The notes under the pieces are model-generated. The model was given only the letters and a program-made list of their open reading frames with translations. It searched no databases and was not told where the DNA came from. Of a DNA stretch of 48,474 nucleotides, positions 16,788 to 26,820 are shown in pieces. The stretch's first letter is position 1, and every line of letters starts with the position of its first letter. The stretch is taken from positions 1-48,474 of IMG/VR virus record IMGVR_UViG_3300011443_000019. One strand, given 5' to 3'. The translations under genes and the position numbers were made by a program. This stretch comes from a virus. Taxonomy: Duplodnaviria > Caudoviricetes.

Positions 16788-19700
16788 CAACGAAGTCGTC
16801 GGCATTCTCCGCGCGATGCTCACGATGGATACCGGCCAGTTTGAGGCCGGATCCAAGCGCGCGATTGCGTCCGAGAAGCAGCTCGAAACGCAGACCGCGG
16901 CGCTCGGGCAGAGCATCGCCAAACTGACGCCGCAAGCCGAACGCATGGTCAAGGCGTTCAGCGGCGACAAGCTCCTGTATTCCGCCAATAGCCTCGTCAG
17001 TGCGATCGCGAAGATCGGCGGGGCGACCAAACTCACCGAAGCCGAACAGGCGAAAGCCAACAAGACGCTGAGTGAGGCCTTGGCGAAGTATGCCCTCATG
17101 GGGCAGCAACCGCCTAAGGCGATGGTCGAACTCGAGAAGGCCACCCGCGGCGTCACGACGGCCACGAGCGCGATGACGGCCGGGATGAGTCTCGCGGCGA
17201 AGCAGTCGGCGGCGTCCATCAACATGATCGGCGGGATGAGCCAAGCCGGACGCCAGGCCGCGGCGTCGATGGTGTCCGTCGAGAAGCCGGTCTCCTTCCT
17301 CACGACACGGATGGTCGCCCTCGGGGCCGCGACTGGAACCTTCTTCGCGAACCTCGCCTTTCAAGGCGTGCGGACGCTTGTCAGTTTCGGGCGCGAGGCA
17401 TTCAGCACAGCCGGACGTCTCACGGATCTTGCCGACAAGACGGGCCTGAGCACTGAGACGATCCAGCGGATGGACTTCGTCGCCAAGCAGACGAGCACGT
17501 CCCTCGACTCGATGACGAATGCGGCCTTTCGGTTGGGCGTGCAGATCGCCGGAGGAAATACCAGCGTCGAGCGGGCCGTCGGGCGACTCGGATTGTCCTT
17601 CACCGAGATCCAGAAGATGCGCCCGGATCAGCAGTTCGAAACCATCGTCGGCGCCTTGTCGAAGATGGAGAACCAGCAGGAGCGCAACCGGATCGGCGTG
17701 CTCCTGTTTGGGCGACAGTTCGCCGAGATCGCTGCGTCAGTCGAACAAGGCTATGCGGACATCGCGAAAGGCGCGTCGGTCTCTTCTGATGCGCAACTGC
17801 GAGCCTTGGATAAGGCCGCGGATCGCTGGGGCAAATTCGTTTCCAATACGAAGACGAACATCACGGCGTTCTTGGGGAACGTCATCCTCCTGAACGATGA
17901 ACTCCGCCGGATCGAACAGGAGCAAGGCGGTAGACCGAACGAGCCTGGGCGGTCGTCGAAGGCGGCCCTGGAGGAATTAGAACGCCGTATGGCGCTGGGC
18001 CTCGTAGGGGCACGGCGGGAAGACATCAAACTCACGGAAGAACAGGCAGAGGCGAAGAAGAATTACGCCAAGCAATTAGCGGACGTCCAAAAAGAACTCG
18101 GCAAACTCAGCGCGGCAGACCGACAAGAGATCGCGGCGGCACAAGCTCTTGGTGTCGCCAACGACGAACTCGAATCCCAGTACGACCTGACAGCCGGGGC
18201 ACTCGGCGTCCTGAACACGCAGACGAAGGACTACGAGAAGAACCTGAAGAAGGTGCTCGATCAATTTAGCGGGTCCACGCTGCTGAAGGATGCCCGCGAA
18301 TATGAATCCGCCCTGAACTCGATCGGTGGTGCGCAAGCCTTGACGGCCGAAGAAGGCGAAACGTACCTGAAGATGATCGACGCCATCATCGGGAAATACA
18401 GCCGATTCGGTCCCGCCGGCGCGGAGGTAGTCGCGCACTTCACGACGGTTCGCGATCAACTCTCACAGACGGACGCGGCGGCCCTTCGGTATCTCGCCAA
18501 CGAAAAACTCACTGCCGACGGCGAAAGGGTCGTGATGGCCGCCCGCGACGACATGGCGCGGGCCTATCTAGAGAGCGAGCAACTCAAACTCAACATGATC
18601 GCGGCCATCGACGCGGCGGGTCTGACGCATCTCGAGAATGAGAAGCGAACGCTCGACGGCGAACGGCTCATCATGCAGGCGCGGGACGACATGGCGATCG
18701 AGTTTATGAAACTCGACCAGCAACGCATGGACGCGCTGAAAGGGACGAAGCTCGAGGATCCGTTCTCCAAGTGGGCCGAGCAGGGCAAGCAGCAACGCCA
18801 GCGCGTCATTCAGATGTGGAAGGGGATCGGGACGCAGATCGAATCCGCATCGATAAGCCGCATGGGGTCGCTGTTCTTCGGGCAGTTCGGCCACGACGTG
18901 ACCGGGGAACTCAAGGCGGCGGCCGACGAAGCGGAACTCGACTTCCTCAGGATTCAGCGGAGCGGCAAGGCCACGGCGCACGAACTCGAAACGGCCTTCA
19001 CCCGCTGGCGTGAGGCGCAAGATCGGGCGTCGTTCGACTTCAGTGAACGGTTCTCGCAATGGATGGGCGGGATCAAGCAAACCTTCGTGGGCGTGCTCGA
19101 CGACATGCTGCAACACTTCGTTCGGAACTTCCTCGGCGGTCTGATTAAAGGCCTGTCGAGCGCGAAGTTGTCGCAGGCCTTCGGGAACATCCTGGCCGGC
19201 GGCGGGGCCGGCGCGGCGCTTGGCGGCGGGGCGTCCTTCGCGGCATCGTCGGTCGCTGGCGTTGAGTCAGCGGCCTTGGGCGGCGGCGCCGGCATCGGCG
19301 GCGGTAGTCTTGCGGCGCTCGCGACGAATCCCTGGACGATTGGCGCGGCGGGCGCGGTGGCGCTCGGGTTGGCGATTGCGAAGGGCGGACTCTTCCGGGG
19401 TGGGCAAGAGGCGTTGAAAGTCAGCCCGCGACGCGATCAGTTCTTCGGGCAACTCCAAGCCATGTTCGGCGGGTCGCAGTTCGAAGCCGCACAGAAGGCC
19501 CTCGCGAAAGCCAAAGTCACTGGCCCTCCGGCGGAACGGCTCATCGGCGCGATTTATAAAGCCGACACCGAAAAGGCATACGACCCGGCGCAAGCGGCGT
19601 TCCTGTCGGCGCTCATGGCTGGCGGGGTGAAGAACGTCAGGCCGTTCAACATGGGCGGGTTCGTGCCTCCTGGGGTCGTGCAGCCGGCGATCCTGCACGG

Positions 19701-19917
19701 GGGCGCGTTCGGGGAAGACATCATTCCGCGCACGAGTCCGACGGCCTCGACCGCGCAGTCGCCGCGCATCCTGAACCTGAACATGAGCATCCAAGCCTGG
19801 GATTCAGCAGACGTGAAAAGGGCGTTACGACGGGATGCCCTGCCCGAGATCAAGCGGTGGCTCGAACTCAACACGGACGGCCTGCGCGTTGACGTGCAGA
19901 AGGCGGCGGCGACGTAA
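16780..19917 (+). CDS. Tape measure protein
   Basis: 1045 aa, Ala-rich and helical, follows chaperones; internal NEKxTxDGERxxMxARDDMA repeat. Confidence 0.95.
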   Translation: MANNEVVGILRAMLTMDTGQFEAGSKRAIASEKQLETQTAALGQSIAKLTPQAERMVKAFSGDKLLYSANSLVSAIAKIGGATKLTEAEQAKANKTLSEALAKYALMGQQPPKAMVELEKATRGVTTATSAMTAGMSLAAKQSAASINMIGGMSQAGRQAAASMVSVEKPVSFLTTRMVALGAATGTFFANLAFQGVRTLVSFGREAFSTAGRLTDLADKTGLSTETIQRMDFVAKQTSTSLDSMTNAAFRLGVQIAGGNTSVERAVGRLGLSFTEIQKMRPDQQFETIVGALSKMENQQERNRIGVLLFGRQFAEIAASVEQGYADIAKGASVSSDAQLRALDKAADRWGKFVSNTKTNITAFLGNVILLNDELRRIEQEQGGRPNEPGRSSKAALEELERRMALGLVGARREDIKLTEEQAEAKKNYAKQLADVQKELGKLSAADRQEIAAAQALGVANDELESQYDLTAGALGVLNTQTKDYEKNLKKVLDQFSGSTLLKDAREYESALNSIGGAQALTAEEGETYLKMIDAIIGKYSRFGPAGAEVVAHFTTVRDQLSQTDAAALRYLANEKLTADGERVVMAARDDMARAYLESEQLKLNMIAAIDAAGLTHLENEKRTLDGERLIMQARDDMAIEFMKLDQQRMDALKGTKLEDPFSKWAEQGKQQRQRVIQMWKGIGTQIESASISRMGSLFFGQFGHDVTGELKAAADEAELDFLRIQRSGKATAHELETAFTRWREAQDRASFDFSERFSQWMGGIKQTFVGVLDDMLQHFVRNFLGGLIKGLSSAKLSQAFGNILAGGGAGAALGGGASFAASSVAGVESAALGGGAGIGGGSLAALATNPWTIGAAGAVALGLAIAKGGLFRGGQEALKVSPRRDQFFGQLQAMFGGSQFEAAQKALAKAKVTGPPAERLIGAIYKADTEKAYDPAQAAFLSALMAGGVKNVRPFNMGGFVPPGVVQPAILHGGAFGEDIIPRTSPTASTAQSPRILNLNMSIQAWDSADVKRALRRDALPEIKRWLELNTDGLRVDVQKAAAT

Positions 19918-20750
19918 TGGCGGCGGGTCCGACCCTCTCACCTGGGGCCGCGTTCGGGAAGTATGCCCTCCCGACGGATGACGTCGCCGCCGAGGCCGCG
20001 TCGGTCGTGGGCAGTGCGGAGGATTCCGAGTATCCCGCCGAGAACCTGGTCGCGCCCACAAATACCGGGCATCTGAATCTGCCCTCGCGGCCGGCGAAGC
20101 TCACGACCACGAGCGGCTACTGGGATCTGGAGTTCAACGATCCGATCACGGTCGTCGGCGTGGCGCTCATCTACACCAACTTCGACTCCGGCCTGGACGT
20201 GACCATCGAGGCCGGGACCGGATCGCCGCTCACGTTCTCGCAAGCCGTCCCGGTCGGCAACGACTGGGAAAACGATTGGATGCCGAATCCGTTCGTGCTG
20301 TTCGACTCACCGGAAACACATACACACTGGCGGCTATCGATCAACGAGGCGAATACCTACCCGGTGCAGGTCGGGCGCCTGCTCTTGCTGACCGACATTC
20401 GCGACCTCGAGAACGACGTCCGGTGGGGCGTGGTCGAGGACGAGGAACAAGGGCAGATCGAGCACGCGACCGAGGCGCGCGTCGAGCTCCTGTATGAACT
20501 CTTCGGGCCGCGCCGATCGTTCGTTGGCGAACTGGCCTTAATGAACGACACGTCCTCTGAACTCATCACGCTCTATCGCACGGCGCGCAATCGAATCCTC
20601 CCGTGGCTGCTCATCCCGGACATCGACATCAACGATGCGTGGTTTGTGCGGTTCCAAGAGCCGAAGTGGTCACGGACCCGCGAGATGATCCAGCACAACA
20701 TCTTCCCGTTCCGTGTGACCGAACTGTCACGCGGCTTGCCCTGGCCCTAG
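19917..20750 (+). CDS. Distal tail (Dit-like) protein
   Basis: First gene after tape measure; beta-rich with jelly-roll-like N-terminus (YPAENL). Confidence 0.6.
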   Translation: MAAGPTLSPGAAFGKYALPTDDVAAEAASVVGSAEDSEYPAENLVAPTNTGHLNLPSRPAKLTTTSGYWDLEFNDPITVVGVALIYTNFDSGLDVTIEAGTGSPLTFSQAVPVGNDWENDWMPNPFVLFDSPETHTHWRLSINEANTYPVQVGRLLLLTDIRDLENDVRWGVVEDEEQGQIEHATEARVELLYELFGPRRSFVGELALMNDTSSELITLYRTARNRILPWLLIPDIDINDAWFVRFQEPKWSRTREMIQHNIFPFRVTELSRGLPWP

Positions 20751-20756
20751 GCCGAC

Positions 20757-22817
20757 ATGTCCGTTCGCTTCTATCTCCTGAATGAAGCCGCGCCCTACAC
20801 GCCGCCGTCCTGGGATGGCGGGTGGGACATCACGAACGGATCCGGCGTCAAGGCGTTCGATCCGCACAAGTTCGGCGGGGCCATAGGTAGTCCGACGTCC
20901 GTCGCGGACACCGTCACCACGAGTCCGTATCATATCGGCGTCCTGCAACTCGTCAGCCGACGTCTCAAGCCAGGGCAAACGATCAGTGGCACGGTCGACC
21001 TGATCGTGAGTGTGTTCGGCTCCGGTGGAGACGCCGAGTTCTTCACACGCGTGCATCTCTACGTGATCGATACGTCCGACGATTCGATCGTCGGGACGTT
21101 GCTCAACGAGTATCAGGAAAGCAGCGGCGGCGGGGCGACGGAATGGCCGCAGTTCAATACTGGGATCGCCTTGCAATCCGCGCAGGCCCTATCCTCCGTG
21201 GCGATCCCGAACGACAGCGGTGACTATCGCCTCGTCGCGGAACTCGGGTGCAACGCCGAGAACACGCACAGCACGAGTCGCCTGGCCGGTATGCGCTACG
21301 GGGCACGGACATCCAATTTCGCGCCACTCAACGATCTCACGGTCGGCGGGAGCACGTCGACGCTGGCGGGGTTCCTGGAGTTCTCCGACGACATCGAACT
21401 CGCCGACGACGTCGTCCCGAACGTCACCGTCGAAACGGCGATCGCCATCACGCCTGACGCGCCTGCGACGCAAGAGTTATACGACGCCGGCGTGACGTAT
21501 GAGGCCTGGTATAAATACACCGCCCCAGCCGGAGTCAAGTTTGTCTCGGTGTGGGGGTTTGGCGATCTTGCGGCATATAAGCCATTCGTCCGAATCTATC
21601 GCGCGGGCGGCGTGGCCCATGTCGACGAGATAGGCGATGAACGCCGCAATAAGCCGCTGGAGTTCGTCACCGTTCCGGGGACGACCTACTATCTCCTGTT
21701 TAGTCACTACATCGAATTTAGCCCCTACAACGGGAACCCGGATCCGTCTACGTTGTCCGTGACCCTTGAGCTTGCGCCAACCGGCGTGGCTCCAGCAGGG
21801 TCGTTGCTCGTTATTGACGATACGCCGGGCTATCCGGCCGTGCTCTTGAGCGCAGAGGATGGCGATGTAATTCGGTTTGTCTCACCGTTCGCTGCCAGCG
21901 AGGCCGGGTCGATGCTACCGAATGGAATCTCATGCTTCGTCGATCTGGATCCGGCGAGCAGCGAGATTGCAACCGTCTCATCAGTAAAGCTATACGATGC
22001 CTCGCTCAATCTGACCGTCACGTTACCGCTCAATGTCACGGCGCAAGGCCCGATGACGTCGAACAACCTCGATACGTTCTATGTGTCGAATGCAGATGAC
22101 GAAAATGGCGACATAGATCTCGGATCGATTCATAAGGTAACTAGTAGCGGCGTCTACCTCGGGAAAATCGCCTCCGTCACAGGCGTCTCGTCGCCGCGCG
22201 CACTCTTGGGCATGGCGGTGTCGCTGGACGAGTCGATCTTGTATTATTCGCGCTATCACATCCAGGATGGGATGGAAGTTGGTGCGATCTTCAGATGGGA
22301 TCTCACCACGGATACCACGATGCCAACGTTCGTGGCGTCCATTTCGAATTATCACATCTGTCGGGAAATTCTGTGTCTCGCCGACGGCACGATTCTCGCG
22401 AGTTACAACCACTTCAATAGCGTTGGATCGTTCGTGCAGCGATACGACACGTCAGGATCGGTGCTGAACACCTACACCCTAGAAGCATCAATTCGGGTCA
22501 GCGACGAGATCAGGCTCGCCCATGATCCAGACAATCCGTTGTCGTTCTGGGTCTGGACGAAGACCGGAACAGGGACGTCTATGTCGAAGTTTCGGCACAT
22601 CCTTGTCGATGACGGCTCGGATCTCGTTACGCCGATAGAAGTCCCGTTTTTTAATACCGGCCTGTATGGGCCTCCGGAAACCGCTACACCGGAGATGTTT
22701 GGACATAGCTTCTCCTGCCCGTTCGTGGTCATGCGCAGCGAGACTACTGGTGGCGGCGGCGACCCGGTAGGCGTCATTGGGCCGCTCGTCTGGGTGCATA
22801 TCCCGAGGCGCACCTGA
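20757..22817 (+). CDS. Minor tail protein with PPC-like and beta-propeller-like regions
   Basis: 686 aa; AWYKYTAP...GTTYYL segment; propeller-like repeats in a lower-GC 3' half. Confidence 0.6.
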   Translation: MSVRFYLLNEAAPYTPPSWDGGWDITNGSGVKAFDPHKFGGAIGSPTSVADTVTTSPYHIGVLQLVSRRLKPGQTISGTVDLIVSVFGSGGDAEFFTRVHLYVIDTSDDSIVGTLLNEYQESSGGGATEWPQFNTGIALQSAQALSSVAIPNDSGDYRLVAELGCNAENTHSTSRLAGMRYGARTSNFAPLNDLTVGGSTSTLAGFLEFSDDIELADDVVPNVTVETAIAITPDAPATQELYDAGVTYEAWYKYTAPAGVKFVSVWGFGDLAAYKPFVRIYRAGGVAHVDEIGDERRNKPLEFVTVPGTTYYLLFSHYIEFSPYNGNPDPSTLSVTLELAPTGVAPAGSLLVIDDTPGYPAVLLSAEDGDVIRFVSPFAASEAGSMLPNGISCFVDLDPASSEIATVSSVKLYDASLNLTVTLPLNVTAQGPMTSNNLDTFYVSNADDENGDIDLGSIHKVTSSGVYLGKIASVTGVSSPRALLGMAVSLDESILYYSRYHIQDGMEVGAIFRWDLTTDTTMPTFVASISNYHICREILCLADGTILASYNHFNSVGSFVQRYDTSGSVLNTYTLEASIRVSDEIRLAHDPDNPLSFWVWTKTGTGTSMSKFRHILVDDGSDLVTPIEVPFFNTGLYGPPETATPEMFGHSFSCPFVVMRSETTGGGGDPVGVIGPLVWVHIPRRT

Positions 22818-25714
22818 TGGCGGCCGTCTTCGATGTCTCCTCGGAAGGGCTGGTCCGGACAACCGGGATCGTCGCAGCCTCCAGCGACTATACGCTGATG
22901 GGCTGGTTCTACGTCGCGGACATCGCGCCCACGAACTATCAGACCTTTTTCTATGTGGGAAACGACCCGGCGACCTATACCGAGGGCGTCTGGGTCGGCC
23001 TGCAGACGCTCACCGGATTGGCGCAGATCTTCCTGAACTCCACAGCGACGACGGATCTCGGGTCGGCGCTCGCCGCGCCGGGTTGGTATCACGTGACGTA
23101 TGTCCGCGAGGGATCCGATCATCGGGTCTACGTGAACGCGATCGCACAGTGCGCGATGGTTGAGGATCAGTCCGCGCAGACGCACACGCATCTCTACGCC
23201 GGGACCGATACCTATGCGCCGGCCTGGTCGGCTGGCAAGGCCAAGCAGACGCGTGAGTGGTCGGTCGCGCTGGATGTGACGCAGATCGGCCTGGAGATGG
23301 TCGCCGCGGCGGCACAGGAGGCGACGGGCCTCGTTTCAGACGCGCCCTTGCTGGCCGACCTCTTGGATACATCCGGCAACGCGAACCACTGGGCGGCCGT
23401 CGACGCGGTGACGTTTGAGTCGGAAGACCGACCGCCCGCGAGCGAGATCGGCGGCGGCACGCCGACCATCGTCACTGATACCTACTCCGATCACGACATG
23501 CAGTGCCCGGCCGAGTGGGAGAACGGGTTCAAGGAAGGGATCGTCGAGCGGTTCGGCGACGGCGAACGCACGGGGTCGAATCCCTGGACGGGTGATTGGC
23601 AGGGCTCGACGTTCACGCTGGCGATCTCCGATCATCGGCGACGGTTCCGGCAACAACTCCGGAGCACAACCGATCGCTTCTGGGTGGAACCGTGGACGAT
23701 CCGGATGACGACACGAGCGAACCGAGCGATCCTCGGGACGCCCTATACGGTGTTCGTGGGGCCCCCGATCGAGATCACGCCCCGCGAACCGTTGATGCTC
23801 GACGTGACCTTGGGGGACATCGTCTCGCAGGGGATGTTGTCGGACCAGCATCAGATTCCCTATCGCAAGATCGGCGACGGGCCGCTGTCGTTGCTCGACG
23901 TCGTCTCCGAAGCCCTGGACCGGGAAGCGCCGGAGCCGATCATCTACGGGCACAACTTCCGGACGGCCGACGACGTGCCCTCACCGCAGGGTTTCGAATA
24001 TGTGCCGACGTATCTGGGCATCCGCACGTTGGGCGTTGACCAGTGGCACATGTGGATGGTGTGCGGTCATGCGTGTGCCGATGTCCTCGACCTGCAGACG
24101 ATCGCGTTCACAGGGGGATCCCCGTCCGGCTCGATTCATACGAGCGTCGTCGCAGACGAAGGCACCAAGTGGTTGATCCCACATCATGCCGGCTACCTCG
24201 CGCAGTTTGGAGCACCCTACGAAGACTTGCGCAGTGACACGTACGGGGTCGATCGACGCTACACCACGATCTACGGGAAAGTCGGGGAGGACGATCCGGA
24301 AGCGGTCGTCGCCGGGACGCTCACCCTGGCCGTGCACGTCGAAGGGGTTGAGCCGATCGGCGACGGGAGCGGGGCCGTCATCACGGATCGGATTCAGCAA
24401 TACAAGCACTTTCTGATCAACTACGTGGCCAACTTCGGGGCGGCGTCGTATCAATCCGGCGCGTGGCTGAGCAACCCGTCCTGGGATGTCTTCGGGGTGC
24501 TGAAGCCAATCATCGAAACGGCCACCTTCGACGCCTGCAGCGCGATTGCCGCGTCACGGTTGCCAGTCACGGAAGTAGCCGTCCAACCCTCCGGATATAT
24601 CGGGGCGGCCATCATCGGCGCTCGGTCAGGGGATCGGTCGTCTGTTCGACGCTGGATCGCGGACTGGAACCGCTCGTGTCAAGTGCAGTTTGGGGTGAAC
24701 CACTACGGGCAGATCCGGGTGTGGATGCTCCACCCGACTGAGGCGATCAAAGCGGCGGCGCCGCTCTATACGGACGCCTACGAAATCCTGAGGGACTCGT
24801 TCCGGACGTCGTTCAAGTGGGGCGACATGGTGAACCGTGTCCCGTTCAAAACGGACTACGACCACACCAACGGCGTCTGGAGAACCGTCGACATTGCCGA
24901 AGCGGCCGACGCGATCCAGAACTACGGGCGAGCCATCGCCAGCGAGGATCGGGAGTATCCCTTCGCGCCTGGGATTGCGATGGCCAATCATCTGGCCGTG
25001 CTCGAGACGCGGGTTCGCAAGGATCCGCCGAAGGTCGTCACGATCGAAGCGACGGTCGGGCCGGACTACATGAACCGATCCCTCGGGTATCTCGATCTCG
25101 GGGACTACATCCGCTACATACACTATGGCGCCATTGCGGAACCGGGCGAGATTCGCTTGGCGCAAGTCGTCCGCCACCAAGTGCAGGCCGGGAGCCGGAA
25201 GGTGCTCGTCGAGGCGTTCGACTGCGAGGAGTTGATCGGCTACGACGAGGCCGTCGAGACGCCTGTGAGCGAGGGCAGTCCGGCCGAGTTCAACGACACC
25301 TGTGCGAATGCGATGCTCATCACGCATGCACCCTGGACGCCTTACGCCATCACGATCGACACGACGGAGCACGCCAGGGACACGAGCGTCGAAGGCTCGC
25401 CGGCCCTGTTGCCGCCGCCGGCCGAAGCGCATCACGCGGCGTGGTTCAAGTTCACGCCGTGGGCCAACGGGACGCTGTTCCTGACGACGGTCCACTCCCT
25501 CTACGACACGCAGATGGCGGTGCTCTCCGGGTCGTGCGGTGGATCGCCCGCGTGGGAACTCCTGCAGTTCAACGACAATGACGGCGTGTTGCAGACGTCC
25601 GTGCTCGAGTTCGCCGTGACGGGCGGCGTCGAGCTCTACATCCTCGTCTACGGCTACGCGGCCGATGACGGCGGGTCGCTCACCTTCGGCCTCTACTTCA
25701 CGGAGCCGGAATGA
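22817..25714 (+). CDS. Tail hub/central tip protein with LamG-like N-terminus and PPC-like C-terminus
   Basis: YTLMGWF..GWYHVTYVR..VYVNA (LamG); PIIYG and LDLGDYI hub motifs; NDTCANA..WFKFT..YDTQMAV..NDND C-terminus. Confidence 0.72.
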   Translation: MAAVFDVSSEGLVRTTGIVAASSDYTLMGWFYVADIAPTNYQTFFYVGNDPATYTEGVWVGLQTLTGLAQIFLNSTATTDLGSALAAPGWYHVTYVREGSDHRVYVNAIAQCAMVEDQSAQTHTHLYAGTDTYAPAWSAGKAKQTREWSVALDVTQIGLEMVAAAAQEATGLVSDAPLLADLLDTSGNANHWAAVDAVTFESEDRPPASEIGGGTPTIVTDTYSDHDMQCPAEWENGFKEGIVERFGDGERTGSNPWTGDWQGSTFTLAISDHRRRFRQQLRSTTDRFWVEPWTIRMTTRANRAILGTPYTVFVGPPIEITPREPLMLDVTLGDIVSQGMLSDQHQIPYRKIGDGPLSLLDVVSEALDREAPEPIIYGHNFRTADDVPSPQGFEYVPTYLGIRTLGVDQWHMWMVCGHACADVLDLQTIAFTGGSPSGSIHTSVVADEGTKWLIPHHAGYLAQFGAPYEDLRSDTYGVDRRYTTIYGKVGEDDPEAVVAGTLTLAVHVEGVEPIGDGSGAVITDRIQQYKHFLINYVANFGAASYQSGAWLSNPSWDVFGVLKPIIETATFDACSAIAASRLPVTEVAVQPSGYIGAAIIGARSGDRSSVRRWIADWNRSCQVQFGVNHYGQIRVWMLHPTEAIKAAAPLYTDAYEILRDSFRTSFKWGDMVNRVPFKTDYDHTNGVWRTVDIAEAADAIQNYGRAIASEDREYPFAPGIAMANHLAVLETRVRKDPPKVVTIEATVGPDYMNRSLGYLDLGDYIRYIHYGAIAEPGEIRLAQVVRHQVQAGSRKVLVEAFDCEELIGYDEAVETPVSEGSPAEFNDTCANAMLITHAPWTPYAITIDTTEHARDTSVEGSPALLPPPAEAHHAAWFKFTPWANGTLFLTTVHSLYDTQMAVLSGSCGGSPAWELLQFNDNDGVLQTSVLEFAVTGGVELYILVYGYAADDGGSLTFGLYFTEPE

Positions 25715-26820
25715 GCCTCTACCTCTACACCCGACTGCGGGCGGAAGTCGCCGAACTTCGGCGGCGCATCGCCTCAACGGCGACCGGGGGCGGTGGCACT
25801 CCGTCGGCGCACGGCTCATCGCACGAAGACGGCGGGAGCGATGAACTCGACGTGACTGGTCTGACCGGCCTCTTGGCTACGCCCCAGACTCCCGCGACCC
25901 ATGCGACCAGTCACCAGAATGCCGGCGGCGACGAGATCAACGTCGGGGGACTCTCCGGGGTGCTCGCGGACGCGCAGACCGTCGGCGTCCGGAAGAACTC
26001 GGCCGGATCGACATTCACGCGCCCACGGCTCAATCTCATTGAAGGATCCAATGTCACGCTGACGGTCGCCGACGATGCCGTTGATGGGGAAGTCGACATC
26101 ACGGTCGCGGCGGCGACCAGCGCCGGGATCACGGAACTCACGGGCGACGTCACGGCGGGCCCTGGATCGGGATCGCAGGCCGCGACGATCGCCAATGACG
26201 CGGTCACGAATGCCAAAGCCGCGAACATGGTGCAGGCGACCCTCAAGGGCCGCGCGGACGGAGCCGGCACGGGCGACCCGACAGACCTCACCGCCAACCA
26301 AGCGTCGACCATCCTCGACACAGCGACGGACCCGTTTCTGCGGACATCTGCCGCCGCCGCTGGTGGAATTACCACGCTGACGGGCGATGTCACGGCCGGA
26401 CCTGGGAGCGGTTCGCAAGCGGCCACGATTCCTAATGGCACCGTGACCCCGGCGAAGTCGTCCACCGCGCTCAAGACACGGCAGATCACCGTGCCTATCC
26501 CTGGCAACGGCATTGACGACATCACGACAGGGGTCAAAGAGATCGACCTCACTGTGCCGTACAGCGGCACGATTACAGCCTGGCGGATCGTATCGCGGCA
26601 AACCGGCGACATCGTGATCGATGTCTTGAAGTCAACGTATGCGGCCTTCCCGACGATGGCCTCGATCACGGGCGGCGCTGAACCGGAACTGTCCGGCGCG
26701 CAGAAGGACGAAGATACCGTCTCGTGGGCTGTCACGGCTGGCGACCTGATCGACGTCGAAGTGCTGTCATGTAGCGGGATCATCCGCTGCACGCTGACCT
26801 TCACGGTGATGCTCAGCTAA
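25711..26820 (+). CDS. Tail fibre-like protein
   Basis: Repeated HxxSHxxxGxDE and duplicated GITxLTGDVTAGPGSGSQAATI; IANDAVTNAK fibre motif. Confidence 0.75.
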   Translation: MSLYLYTRLRAEVAELRRRIASTATGGGGTPSAHGSSHEDGGSDELDVTGLTGLLATPQTPATHATSHQNAGGDEINVGGLSGVLADAQTVGVRKNSAGSTFTRPRLNLIEGSNVTLTVADDAVDGEVDITVAAATSAGITELTGDVTAGPGSGSQAATIANDAVTNAKAANMVQATLKGRADGAGTGDPTDLTANQASTILDTATDPFLRTSAAAAGGITTLTGDVTAGPGSGSQAATIPNGTVTPAKSSTALKTRQITVPIPGNGIDDITTGVKEIDLTVPYSGTITAWRIVSRQTGDIVIDVLKSTYAAFPTMASITGGAEPELSGAQKDEDTVSWAVTAGDLIDVEVLSCSGIIRCTLTFTVMLS

